Below are positions 17,642 to 26,652 of a stretch of DNA of 37,997 bases, piece after piece (the first letter of the stretch is position 1; each line of letters starts with the position of its first letter). Under the pieces are notes generated by a model that saw only the letters and a program-made list of their open reading frames with translations, was not told the origin of the DNA and ran no database searches. Source of the stretch: an uncultured Fimbriimonadales bacterium (GTDB lineage: Bacteria > Armatimonadota > Fimbriimonadia > Fimbriimonadales > GBS-DC); NCBI GenBank assembly GCA_937934465.1, contig CALGZO010000289.1, positions 1-37,997 on the forward strand, written 5' to 3'. A program made the position numbers and the translations under genes.

Positions 17642-18606
17642 TCTCCAAGTAAGAGCGCGAGCAACGCCTTTTGCGTGTGTAAACGATTCTCCGCCTGATC
17701 CCAGACGGCGGACTGCGCGCCGTCTAACACGGCGTCTGTAATCTCTTCGCCGCGGCGGGCGGGTAGACAGTGTAAAACAATCGCGTCGGGCTTGGCAAGA
17801 CGGAGCAAGTCCTCGTTGACCTGAAACGCCTGAAACTGTCGCATGCGCGCCTCGCGTTCTGTCTCATAGCCCATCGAGACCCAGACATCGGTGTAAACCG
17901 CGTCGGCGTCGGCGACGGCTTCGCGGGGATTGTGTGTCAGCTGCACCTGTCCACCCGATTGACTGCCCAGTTGGCGCGCTTGCTCGATTACGGAGGCGTT
18001 CGGCGCGTATCCATCGGGCGTTGCAATGTGGACTTCGTGTCCCAACAGCGCAGCGAGCATGGTGAAGCTATGGCAAACATTATTGCCATCGCCCACCCAC
18101 GCGAGTTTGAGCGGCGCGTCGCCTTTGCGTTCCTGAATGGTCATCAAATCCGCCAACGCCTGACAGGGATGCTCGCGTTCGCTGAGCGCGTTAATCACGG
18201 GGACCTCCGAGAAGCGAGTCAGCTCTTCCAGCGTGCTGTGCAGGAACACGCGAGCAATCACGCCGCGCACCCAGCGCGAGAGGTTCCGTGCGATATCCAT
18301 GACTGCCTCGCGCTTGCCCATCTGGATGTCGTTCTGTGTCAGGTAGACGCCGTGTGCGCCCATCTGATACAGCCCCACCTCCAGCGTGACTCGCGTGCGC
18401 AGCGACGGCTTCTCGAAAATCAGCGCGAGGGCAGTGGGGGACGCAAATCGGAACAGTTCCTGACCGCTGTGCGTGGCGCGTTTCATCGCGTGCGCGAGCG
18501 ATAGCGCCACACGCGCCGTCTCTAAGTTCAAATCTGCTATCGACAGGTAGTGTCGCGGCGGGTTCGAACCGCGCCACTGCTCAAGGGCTTGCTCATAAGT
18601 TGTCAT
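17638..18606 (-). CDS. argF: Ornithine carbamoyltransferase
   Basis: SLRTRVTLEVG (an S-x-R-T-R carbamoyl-phosphate motif), HPCQALADL, DVWVSMG and HCLPA. SD GAGGAG lies before ATG 18606. Confidence 0.9.
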   Translation of the reverse strand: MTTYEQALEQWRGSNPPRHYLSIADLNLETARVALSLAHAMKRATHSGQELFRFASPTALALIFEKPSLRTRVTLEVGLYQMGAHGVYLTQNDIQMGKREAVMDIARNLSRWVRGVIARVFLHSTLEELTRFSEVPVINALSEREHPCQALADLMTIQERKGDAPLKLAWVGDGNNVCHSFTMLAALLGHEVHIATPDGYAPNASVIEQARQLGSQSGGQVQLTHNPREAVADADAVYTDVWVSMGYETEREARMRQFQAFQVNEDLLRLAKPDAIVLHCLPARRGEEITDAVLDGAQSAVWDQAENRLHTQKALLALLLGD

Positions 18607-18801
18607 GACAGACTCCTCAGATGGTGTAAATGCGTTCTCGCCTCGCCTGAACCGACGGCTGCGTCGTTCCAAGCGAAGCGAGAACTCTTAACTAAGCCAC
18701 TTAGATTGTACCTTCTTTCGCCTGCGCACACCCTGTCTTGCCGAGCGCAGCGAGGCATCTCACTGAGAGGAGTCGCCCCATTTGCCCCGAACTATTGCGC
18801 T

Positions 18802-20580
18802 ATGCCTCGCTGGTGTTGGATGGCTCTGCTTGCGCTTGTGTTGTATGGGGTTTTGGCGTGTCCGCAGGGAGAGACGCATCGGCTGCCGATGCGCGACGGC
18901 GTGCGCTTGGCGACCGATGTGTACCTGCCTGAGGGCAAGCCGCCGTTCCCCGTACTCCTGATACGCACGCCCTACGATAAGAACGCGCTGAAGCCTATCG
19001 GCGAGGACGGCGCGCGGCGGGGCTACGCCGTCGTTGTCCAAGACACGCGCGGGCGGTTCGCCTCCGAGGGCGCGAACCTGCCTTTTGAGGGCGACGGCTG
19101 GTGGGAGAACCGCGCGGACGGCGTGGACACGCTCCGCTGGATTGCCAAGCAGTCGTGGTGCAACGGCAAGGTGGGCACTTGGGGCGGCTCCGCGCTCGGC
19201 ATCAATCAGCTGATGTTGGCGGGGGCGGGCGCACAGCCGCTGACTTGCCAACACATCACGGTCGCCGAGCCAAACTTGCACCAGGCGTTGTTCCCAGGCG
19301 GCGTGTTCAAGAAATCGCTGGTGGAGGATTGGCTGCGCGCCACGCAGCATGCGCCCGACGCGCTGTCGCACTGGACGCGCCACGCCTCGTACGACCGATT
19401 CTGGCAAGCGCGAGATGTGAGCCGTCGATTCCACCGAGTGAACGCGCCAGCCGTGCATATCGGGGGGTACTACGACATCTTCGCGCAGGGCACAATTGAC
19501 GCTTTTATCGGCTACCAGACGCGCGGGGGCAGAGGCGCACGCGGACAGCAGAAACTGCTGATGGGACCGTGGGCGCACGGCGTGCTGCAGACGCGCGTGG
19601 GCGAGCTGCAGTTCCCCAACGCCGACCAGCCGCCATGCACCTTCCACGACCCGTGGCGCTGGTTCGAGCGGTATCTCAAAGGCGTCGCGAACGGTGTAGA
19701 CACGGAGCCGACGGTGGTGTATTATGTGATGGGCGCAGTGGGCGAGCCGAACGCGCCCGGCAACGAATGGCGCACGGCAAACCAGTGGCCTCCACTGCCC
19801 ACGCGCCCGACGCCGCTCTACCTGCACGGCGACCGTACGCTGCGCTTCACGAAACCCACGAGCGGCGTCCCCCTGCGCTACACCTACGACCCGAACAACC
19901 CCGCGCCCACGCGCGGCGGACGCGAACTGAGCATCCCCGCAGGACCGCGCGACCAGCGACCGATTGAGTCGCGTTCCGATGTGCTGGTGTTCACCAGCGA
20001 GCCGTTGCAACAGCCGCTGGAGATTATCGGACGGGTGAAAGCCGTGCTGTATGTCGCCAGCGACGCGCCCGACACGGACCTCATCGTGCGCTTGTGCGAT
20101 GTGTACCCCGACGGGCGTTCCTACAACATCGCGGAAGGCGCACTGCGCTTGCGCTACCGCGAATCGCTCCAACGCGAGCGTCTCCTGCAACCTGGCAAGG
20201 TCTATCGCGTGGAGGTGGACTTGTGGACGACGGCGATGGTGTTCAACACAGGGCATCGCCTGCGCGTGCATGTGACCTCCAGCAGCTATCCTGCCTACGA
20301 TCCGAATCCCAACACAGGCGAGCCGCTGCGCGCCCACACGCGCGTGCAAACGGCGACGAACACGCTCTACTGCGACGCGCAGCGGGCAAGCTATGTGCTG
20401 CTGCCCATCACGAACGCGGCGCGGTCATCGGAAGCCTTGCACCAACGCCTGCGCCAGCACGCCCCAGCCGTTCGCCAAAGTGAACACCAGCAACTTGGCA
20501 GGCATCGACACCACCACAGGCGGCAACATCATCATCCCCATCGAGAGCAAGATGCTCGCCACCACCAAGTCGATAATTAA
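18802..20580 (+). CDS. CocE/NonD-family (X-Pro dipeptidyl-peptidase S15-like) hydrolase, probable lipoprotein
   Basis: Lipobox-like LYGVLAC. MRDGVRLATDVYLPEG..PFPVLLIRTPYDK, plus the C-terminal beta-sandwich pattern RLRVHVTSSSYPAYDPNPNTG...YVLLPI. The start is uncertain (18802 or 18820), and the last 56 aa or so look like non-homologous read-through. Confidence 0.8.
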   Translation: MPRWCWMALLALVLYGVLACPQGETHRLPMRDGVRLATDVYLPEGKPPFPVLLIRTPYDKNALKPIGEDGARRGYAVVVQDTRGRFASEGANLPFEGDGWWENRADGVDTLRWIAKQSWCNGKVGTWGGSALGINQLMLAGAGAQPLTCQHITVAEPNLHQALFPGGVFKKSLVEDWLRATQHAPDALSHWTRHASYDRFWQARDVSRRFHRVNAPAVHIGGYYDIFAQGTIDAFIGYQTRGGRGARGQQKLLMGPWAHGVLQTRVGELQFPNADQPPCTFHDPWRWFERYLKGVANGVDTEPTVVYYVMGAVGEPNAPGNEWRTANQWPPLPTRPTPLYLHGDRTLRFTKPTSGVPLRYTYDPNNPAPTRGGRELSIPAGPRDQRPIESRSDVLVFTSEPLQQPLEIIGRVKAVLYVASDAPDTDLIVRLCDVYPDGRSYNIAEGALRLRYRESLQRERLLQPGKVYRVEVDLWTTAMVFNTGHRLRVHVTSSSYPAYDPNPNTGEPLRAHTRVQTATNTLYCDAQRASYVLLPITNAARSSEALHQRLRQHAPAVRQSEHQQLGRHRHHHRRQHHHPHREQDARHHQVDN

Positions 20581-21168
20581 AAACGGGACATAGATGTAAA
20601 ACCCGATGAGGAAAGCCGTTTTGAGTTCGCTGAGCATGAAAGCGGGGATGAGCGTGGTGAGGGGTAGCTCGTCGGCGGTGCGCGGCGGGGGCTGCTTGCT
20701 TAGCCGAATGAAGAGATTCAGGTCTTCCGTGTAGGTTTGGCGTAGCATGAAAGCGCGGATAGGCTTCTCGGCGCGCTCGAACGCCTGCATCATCGTGATT
20801 TCCTGCTGCATATAGGGCTGGAGGGCGGTTCGGTTCATCTCGTCTAAGGTGGGCGCCATCACATAGAAGGTCAAAAACAGGCTCAAGCCGATGATGACGG
20901 GCGTTGGCGGGATGTTGGGCGCGCCGAGCGCACTCTTGAGGAACGATAGCACAATCACGATGCGCGTGAAGGCGGTCATCATCAGCAGGATCGACGGCGC
21001 GACGGAGAGCAGGGTCAGCAGCGCGAGGATTTGGAGCGAGGTGGAGACCTCTTGGGGGTTGCGCGCCGCGCCCACTTCCACACTCACGCGCGGGATGGGT
21101 ACGGTCTCTTGGGCAAGCGCGAGGCAGGGCAGGAGCATCAGCGCCAGTAGCGTCAGTCGCGTTGTCAT
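20425..21168 (-). CDS. fliP: Flagellar type III export apparatus protein FliP
   Basis: A signal-like N-terminus, then LLTLLSVAPSILLMMTAFTRIVIVLSFLKSALG, PFLIIDLVVASILLSMGMMMLPP and a C-terminal LANGWGVLAQALVQGF. Confidence 0.95.
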   Translation of the reverse strand: MTTRLTLLALMLLPCLALAQETVPIPRVSVEVGAARNPQEVSTSLQILALLTLLSVAPSILLMMTAFTRIVIVLSFLKSALGAPNIPPTPVIIGLSLFLTFYVMAPTLDEMNRTALQPYMQQEITMMQAFERAEKPIRAFMLRQTYTEDLNLFIRLSKQPPPRTADELPLTTLIPAFMLSELKTAFLIGFYIYVPFLIIDLVVASILLSMGMMMLPPVVVSMPAKLLVFTLANGWGVLAQALVQGFR

Positions 21169-21776
21169 GGTTCGCCTCCGATTAGGCTTTGCAGGCGTGC
21201 GCGGGTCTGCTGCAGGCGGGTCTGCACCTGCGCCGCCGCTTCGGCTTGGAGGTCGGTTGGCGGCGTGGTCGGCTGCGCACGGCGCAACGCCTGCTCGAAT
21301 GCGCTGGGCGACGCTTGCAACGGTTCGGGTTTGGGCAGGGTATCGGTCAGGTCAGCGATGAGTTGCATGCCCTGTGCGCTCGCGCCAATCAGTAATAGTC
21401 GGTCGCGCGCTTTGACCAGCATCAGGCTGCCGCCGAGCGCGCTGCGCGTCTCGATAATCTTGATTTGTCCGTCGAGGGGCGAGCCGTCGCCTGTTCTGCC
21501 AGCCCAGCGGAGCAGTTTGGGCAGCCCCCATCGCAATCCCGCTGCGACGATGAGGAGCGCGACGCCCAGCTGCGCCCATCCCAGCGAGGGCGTCTCGGGC
21601 GTACCGATGCGCTGAGTCGGCGCGCCCGTCCGCGTGCCGTATGCGCCCGGCTCCAGCGGCGCAGTCGCCTCTTGCTGGCTCCACGCCGTCAGAATTACCA
21701 GCGTTAAGGCAAGCGTGATGCCTGCGCGTCGCATCCAGCCGTAGGTTGCGCTCAGCGTTTCCTGTTGTGTTCGCAT
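21165..21776 (-). CDS. fliO: FliO-like flagellar biosynthesis protein (longer than typical)
   Basis: The position between fliN and fliP, TM segments, and IIETRSALGGSLMLVKARDRLLLIGASAQGMQLIADL, which matches the FliO core pattern. It has an ATGA overlap with the fliP start. Confidence 0.7.
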   Translation of the reverse strand: MRTQQETLSATYGWMRRAGITLALTLVILTAWSQQEATAPLEPGAYGTRTGAPTQRIGTPETPSLGWAQLGVALLIVAAGLRWGLPKLLRWAGRTGDGSPLDGQIKIIETRSALGGSLMLVKARDRLLLIGASAQGMQLIADLTDTLPKPEPLQASPSAFEQALRRAQPTTPPTDLQAEAAAQVQTRLQQTRARLQSLIGGEP

Positions 21777-21798
21777 CGCCGTCTCCGTAAAGAGGGCG

Positions 21799-22752
21799 CT
21801 ATGCGCCCAACCGCTGCACGCGCTCGGTGGGCGAGAGGATTTCCGTGATACGCACGGCGAAGTTATCTTCCACCACAACCACCTCGCCGCGTGCGATGAG
21901 CCTGCCGTTCACCAGCACCTCCACTGGCTCGCCTGCCGCCTTTTGCAACTCCACGATGGAGCCCGTGCCGACCTCCAGCAGTTCGCGCACCAGCATCGTC
22001 ACGCGCCCCAGCTCCACCGAGATTTCCAAAGGGATGTCCAGCAGCAGGTCGATGTTGCGTTCGGGCGCGTCGTCGGCGTCGGCGAAGGGGTTGAACCCGA
22101 CGGGCGCAGCGGGCGTCGACGTGGAGAGCGCAGATTCTACCTCCATCGTCAGCGAGGCGAGCGGGTCGGCTTCCACAGGTTTCATCCCCAGCAGCGCGCG
22201 CGCCAAGTTCTCAGTGAGCAGCCATGTGAGATTGAACGGCGCACGGTCGGGGATTTGCACCGTGAAGCGCGTGGCGACCACCTCGTCCACCGTGAGAAAG
22301 TTCGGCGGAAAGGTCACAGGCTCGAGGCGCGCTGTAATCTGCTCTGGGGTGAAGGTCTTGCCGCTGATGTTGCCGAACGCGACGGCTAAGCCTTGCATCA
22401 GGTGTCTGCCGAACTCCTGCACGGCGGCGAGCGCGGCGTCGTCGAGGCTTTCGGGCGCGCTGCCCAGTGTGGCTTCCAGCAGTGCTTTTTGGGTTTCCAA
22501 CCGCTCGCTGGGTTGCTCGCCCACGATGAACAGGCACGGCGCGTCGCTCTGCTCGGCGAACTGTGCTTGGATGTGTAGTACAGGGTCTGCCGTCAGCCCT
22601 GTTAGCTCGCCGATTGGGACTGCGCTGCTGGTGGGGGTCGGGATTTCCACCAGCGTATTGCTCTGCTCCGACAGGTGTAGCGCGACGCTTTGCCACACCT
22701 GCGGCTGTTTCGACACGAACTGCGTCAGAAGTTCCACCGAGACTTCGCTCAC
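21799..22752 (-). CDS. fliN: Flagellar motor switch protein FliN with a long FliY-like N-terminal extension
   Basis: The C-terminal SpoA/FliN domain reads LLLDIPLEISVELGRVTMLVRELLEVGTGSIVELQKAAGEPVEVLVNGRLIARGEVVVVEDNFAVRITEI. The N-terminal 220 aa or so are CheC/FliM-middle-like. At the site equivalent to the CheC phosphatase motif (D/S-x3-E-x2-N) the sequence is AAVQEFGR, which looks degenerate by eye. GTG start with SD GGAGGA. Confidence 0.9.
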   Translation of the reverse strand: MSEVSVELLTQFVSKQPQVWQSVALHLSEQSNTLVEIPTPTSSAVPIGELTGLTADPVLHIQAQFAEQSDAPCLFIVGEQPSERLETQKALLEATLGSAPESLDDAALAAVQEFGRHLMQGLAVAFGNISGKTFTPEQITARLEPVTFPPNFLTVDEVVATRFTVQIPDRAPFNLTWLLTENLARALLGMKPVEADPLASLTMEVESALSTSTPAAPVGFNPFADADDAPERNIDLLLDIPLEISVELGRVTMLVRELLEVGTGSIVELQKAAGEPVEVLVNGRLIARGEVVVVEDNFAVRITEILSPTERVQRLGA

Positions 22753-22755
22753 GAG

Positions 22756-23763
22756 TTAGTCCTCCGTAATCACATCTGTAATAGCGACGACGAGTTTCCG
22801 ATTGCGCACGGCGGGTTTGCCCCGAAACTTCACACGGTTCTCCACTAAGACATCGATTTTGCCGTTGTAGGGCGTGTTGAGCAAGATAGTGTCGCCGACT
22901 TTGAGTTGGAGCAGCTCGCTTAGGCGCATCTGCGTTTTGCCCAATCGGGCGTGGCAAGTGAGCGCGGTGCGGTGGAGGTGCTGGGTGAGGGCGCGTCGCA
23001 GGATGGGCGTGGTGCGCTTGCCTGCGCTGGAGACCCAGTTCTGCGAGCTGAGTCGCGGGGTGATGGGTTTGATGACCATGTGGGGCACGCACATGCTCAT
23101 CGCGTCGCGCCGCTCGCCGATACGCGCCTCCATCAGCACGGTAATCACGATGTCGCTCGGCGGGGCAATCTGCACGAACTGCGCGCTGGTCTCCAGAGTT
23201 TCAATCTTTGGGTCTACTTGCAGGATGCTCTCCCATGCGCTGCGGTACGCCATCAGCATCCGTTCGCCCAGCGCCAGCACCAACGGCTTCTCGATTTCGG
23301 TGAACGCGGCGCGCTCAATCGGTTTGCCCACGCCGCCCAACAGCCGATCCAGCATCGTGAAGACCAGCGCGTATTCCATCTCCAGCACTGCCTCGCCCGA
23401 AAGCGGCGGCGCACTGAACACGATGAACGCCGACTGCTTCAGCGAGCGCAGGTAGTCTTCGTAGGGAATCTGCTCCAGCGAGATGAGCTCGATGTGGATG
23501 GGCACGCGCAGGTAGGTGGCGAGGTTGGTGGAGCAGAGCCGTGCGAAGGTCTCGAACACCATCTGCAAGGTGCGCAGCTGGTCGCGCGAGAACTTGTCAG
23601 GTCGGCGGAAGTCGTACACTTCGTAGGCGATGGTCTTTTTGGCGGCGCGTCCACCCCCGACAGGCATGGCGACAGGCGCGCCCAAGTCGCCGCCCGCGCT
23701 CTCCTCCGCCGTGAGCGACGCCAGCAACGCCTCAATCTCCGCCTGTGAGAGGATTTCGCTCAT
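22756..23763 (-). CDS. fliM: Flagellar motor switch protein FliM
   Basis: The N-terminal LSQAEIEALL is the CheY-P binding motif. YDFRRPDKFSRDQLRTL follows, with a C-terminal SpoA-like domain. Confidence 0.93.
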   Translation of the reverse strand: MSEILSQAEIEALLASLTAEESAGGDLGAPVAMPVGGGRAAKKTIAYEVYDFRRPDKFSRDQLRTLQMVFETFARLCSTNLATYLRVPIHIELISLEQIPYEDYLRSLKQSAFIVFSAPPLSGEAVLEMEYALVFTMLDRLLGGVGKPIERAAFTEIEKPLVLALGERMLMAYRSAWESILQVDPKIETLETSAQFVQIAPPSDIVITVLMEARIGERRDAMSMCVPHMVIKPITPRLSSQNWVSSAGKRTTPILRRALTQHLHRTALTCHARLGKTQMRLSELLQLKVGDTILLNTPYNGKIDVLVENRVKFRGKPAVRNRKLVVAITDVITED

Positions 23764-23796
23764 CCGATTCGCCTCCCGCGCAGTATCACAGGCGAA

Positions 23797-23823
23797 TTAT
23801 CGGCGTGCGCGGTACAAAACTTG
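23797..23823 (-). promoter_or_regulatory. Sigma-28 (FliA)-type promoter upstream of fliM
   Basis: The minus strand reads tCAAGTTT-N12-GCCGATAA, against the enteric consensus TAAAGTTT-N11-GCCGATAA. The -10 element ends 33 nt before the fliM ATG, with SD GGGAGG in the leader. Confidence 0.55.
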
Positions 23824-23984
23824 AGTTCAAATGCGTCTTTACATTCCGTGAGCAATCTCCCAACGCCGGCGCGTGGGTCAGAGCGCATAAACCCCACCGA
23901 AGATTTCTCAAGCGCTCTCAGCTTGATATTGCCTGGCGCGCCTCGCGGCAGGAACTTCACGCGCCGATGAGAATCTAAGCGTTT

Positions 23985-25217
23985 ATGCGAGCGTTTCTAC
24001 TGGGCACTGTGCTGGTCGGGATGGTTGCGCTGAGCGCGGCGCAGCCGACTCAAACGACTGACGCGCCGACCTCTGAACCTACCGCGAAACCCCGCCAAAT
24101 CACGCTCGCCTCCACGCAGGAGGGCGAACGCTGGTGGTGGATGGAAGACGCCAAAAGCAACCCGCTCAGCGCCCCACGAAAGACTAACGACGCCAGCTGG
24201 AGTATCGAGGTCCCTGCCAACGCCCAGACACTGTGGGTGTACGAGTCCCAAACGGGCAACCTCGCACGGCTCAAAACCGCCGAACTGAAGGAGAAGAACG
24301 AACTGACGCGCGAGGCGTGGACGCATGTCGCTCGCGTTCAAGTGAACTTGAGAGCGCAGGCGAAGCCCGTCGCCAGCGCGATAGTAACGCTCAAAGACTC
24401 GACGGGCGCGGAACACAAGCGCGTGCTGGAGCCGTCAGCCGAGGGGATTGTGGTGTTCGAGCGCGTGCCGCTGGGCAAGGTGGAAATCGTCGCGCAGTAC
24501 GGCGACGACGGTAAGGCGACGCAGGAGACAACGCTGAAGGCAGAGCGGGAGCTGCGCGTGCCTGTAATTGAGTTGTCGCTCAGTGGAACGGTGGCGACGC
24601 TGGAGCCGAAAGCGGATACCAACGCCGTCGCCAAGCCCTCTGAAGAGACGCCTGCTGGCAGTCGCATCGGCGCAATCGTGATGTTTGCGATTGCGCTGGC
24701 GCTGGCGATTGGCGTGATAGTGTTTCTTGTGCGCTTAGCAGTGCAGAAGCCGCAACAGGTCGGCGCGGCGATGGGCAAACTGGGTGTGGAGCTGCCCCAA
24801 GCGGCGTCGGGCGTCGGAAGCGCAACTGCCACACTTGAACCCCAACAGCCCGACCTGCCGCCGCTGGACACCGCCGGCGTGCCCCCCACAGCGACCGCCG
24901 CGCCTACTATGATTGTCTCAGTGGGACCCGCCACTCGACTCGTCGCCACTCAAGGACCCTACGCAGGGCAGACCTTCGCCATCGACGCCGAGCTGATGAC
25001 CATCGGGCGCGAGGCGGTTCACCCCATCGCGCTGGTGAACGATATGGGCGTCAGTCGCACTCACGCGCAGATAGTCAAGCAGGGCGAAGAGACGCTCATC
25101 GAGGATTTGGGCAGCACGAACGGAACCTATGTGAACGGCGCACGCATCAGCGCGCCCACGCCCATCAAGCCCGGCGACATGTTGCAGCTCGGCGCAAGCC
25201 TGTTCCGTGTGGAATGA
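23985..25217 (+). CDS. Single-pass membrane protein: secreted Ig/CarboxypepD_reg-like ectodomain, TM helix, Pro-rich linker, cytoplasmic FHA domain
   Basis: Signal peptide MRAFLLGTVLVGMVALSAA, TM segment IGAIVMFAIALALAIGVIVFLV, and a canonical FHA domain: TIGRE...VSRTHAQI...GSTNGTYVNG. Confidence 0.85.
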   Translation: MRAFLLGTVLVGMVALSAAQPTQTTDAPTSEPTAKPRQITLASTQEGERWWWMEDAKSNPLSAPRKTNDASWSIEVPANAQTLWVYESQTGNLARLKTAELKEKNELTREAWTHVARVQVNLRAQAKPVASAIVTLKDSTGAEHKRVLEPSAEGIVVFERVPLGKVEIVAQYGDDGKATQETTLKAERELRVPVIELSLSGTVATLEPKADTNAVAKPSEETPAGSRIGAIVMFAIALALAIGVIVFLVRLAVQKPQQVGAAMGKLGVELPQAASGVGSATATLEPQQPDLPPLDTAGVPPTATAAPTMIVSVGPATRLVATQGPYAGQTFAIDAELMTIGREAVHPIALVNDMGVSRTHAQIVKQGEETLIEDLGSTNGTYVNGARISAPTPIKPGDMLQLGASLFRVE

Positions 25218-25220
25218 GCG

Positions 25221-26576
25221 ATGGTGCAGAAGCTGTTTTATCTGATGGTGTTCGGCGCGATTGGGGGCGTGCTGGCGTGGGCGGTGAACGAGCCGTTCAT
25301 GTCGGACGACCTCACGCGCACGGTGGACTGGGGCGCGCTGGCGCGGTTCGGCGCGGCGTCGGGGCTGTGTATCGGCGCGATGATTGGCTTGGCGACAGGG
25401 CTGTCGCTGGGCACGGGAAGACATATCCAGCGCGGCGTGCTGTTGGGCGCGCTTATCGGCGTTTTCGGCGGCTGGATAGGCGTGACGATTGGGCAAGTGA
25501 TTTTCAGCCTGTTCAAGCCTGAGGAGTCGGTTATCGGGATGGTGTTCGGGCGGATTCTGGGCTGGAGCGCGTTCGGGGGCTTGATTGGTCTGTCGGAGGG
25601 GGTGATTGCGCGTTCGCCCAAACGGATACGGAACGGACTGCTGGGCGGCGCGCTGGGCGGCGCGTTGGGCGGCGCAGTGTTCGATTTCTTGGCGTTTACA
25701 GTGGGTGTGACCTTCGGGTTCGCGTTGCGTGCGGAGGGCGAGGCGGGCGCGCCCTCGCGTGCGGTCGCACTCACGCTCATCGGCGCGGGCGTCGGGCTGT
25801 TTATAGGGTTGCTGGAGCTGGCAACGCGCTCGGCGTGGGTGCGCGTCATCTACGGGCGCAACGAGGGCAAGGACTACCCAATCGACCGCGACGGGGCATA
25901 TATCGGGCGTGATGAACTCGCGGATGTGCCCCTGCGCGGCGACCCAAATGTCGCGCCGCGCCACGCCGAGATACGCACGAGCGGCGGCTATGTGCTGGTC
26001 GCGCATGCGCCGACGCTCGTGAACGGTCAGCCTGCAACTGCCCCAACGCCCCTGAATGACGGCGACACATTGCAGGTGGGCGGGTTCCAACTGCTGTTCC
26101 AGTTGCGCACGGGTCAGGCGGCGCGTGCGCCGCGCGACGCCGTGCGGTCGCCCCTGCCGCCGCCGATGCCCACACCGCTCGGCGTGTGCCCCTACTGCGG
26201 GCAACGGCAAGACCCCGCCACAGGCGCATGCGCCTGCACGCCCGTCGCTACGCCTGCCTACACCCCCACAGCCACAGCAACCGCCGTGACGCAAGCCCTC
26301 GCGCTGGTCGGACTCGACGGCGCGTTCGCAGGACAGCGTATCCCAATCACGCCCGCAGGTCTCACTGTCGGACGCGAAGCCGATAATATGCTGATTGTGC
26401 CAGACCCGTCAGTGAGCCGTCGCCATGCGCGCCTCGCCCTCGAAAACGGCGCGCTCGTGGTGTACGACCTCAACAGCACCAACGGCGTGTTCGTGAACGA
26501 GCAACGCGTGAGCCAACGGATTCTCCAGTCAGGCGATGTGGTGCGGTTCGGAAGCGTGCGGTTCCGCGTGGAGTAG
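25221..26576 (+). CDS. Polytopic membrane protein (glycine-zipper TM region) with two FHA domains flanking a Cys-rich motif
   Basis: The N-terminal 190 aa or so are hydrophobic and include GGALGGALGGAVFDF. FHA-1 reads YIGRD...VAPRHAEI...TLVNG. The Cys motif is CPYCGQRQDPATGACAC. FHA-2 reads TVGRE...VSRRHARL...NSTNGVFVN. The gene starts 4 nt after the upstream FHA gene stop. Confidence 0.85.
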   Translation: MVQKLFYLMVFGAIGGVLAWAVNEPFMSDDLTRTVDWGALARFGAASGLCIGAMIGLATGLSLGTGRHIQRGVLLGALIGVFGGWIGVTIGQVIFSLFKPEESVIGMVFGRILGWSAFGGLIGLSEGVIARSPKRIRNGLLGGALGGALGGAVFDFLAFTVGVTFGFALRAEGEAGAPSRAVALTLIGAGVGLFIGLLELATRSAWVRVIYGRNEGKDYPIDRDGAYIGRDELADVPLRGDPNVAPRHAEIRTSGGYVLVAHAPTLVNGQPATAPTPLNDGDTLQVGGFQLLFQLRTGQAARAPRDAVRSPLPPPMPTPLGVCPYCGQRQDPATGACACTPVATPAYTPTATATAVTQALALVGLDGAFAGQRIPITPAGLTVGREADNMLIVPDPSVSRRHARLALENGALVVYDLNSTNGVFVNEQRVSQRILQSGDVVRFGSVRFRVE

Positions 26577-26652
26577 CACATTTATTAAAATCCCCTTAAC
26601 TATCCAGTCGGTATACTTTGCGCACTCGCGTGCAAGCGAGGGAGGGAATGCG

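Noticed and set aside
18607-18801. ARG box or other operator upstream of argF
   Set aside because: I found no TGAAT-N4-ATTCA-like palindrome or other clear dyad in the 195-bp argF/peptidase divergent spacer.
18760-20349. Very long antisense ORFs (for example 18760-20349 minus, 21827-22759 plus, 24918-26294 minus, 5441-6640 plus, 791-1741 minus, 7461-8540 minus)
   Set aside because: They lie opposite genes with clear family motifs. They have Arg/Ala/Gly/Pro-rich low-complexity composition and lack SDs. These are typical shadow ORFs of high-GC DNA.
20349-20425. Search for a fliQ-like small hydrophobic ORF immediately downstream of fliP
   Set aside because: The only minus-strand ORF there is the antisense shadow of the peptidase gene, and it has no FliQ-like hydrophobic pattern.
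23963-23970. GCCGATGA (sigma-28 -10-like) facing the FHA operon
   Set aside because: There is no TAAA-like -35 element 15-16 nt upstream. It ends only 14 nt before the ATG, leaving no room for an SD. It is noted only as a curiosity mirroring the better fliM-side motif.
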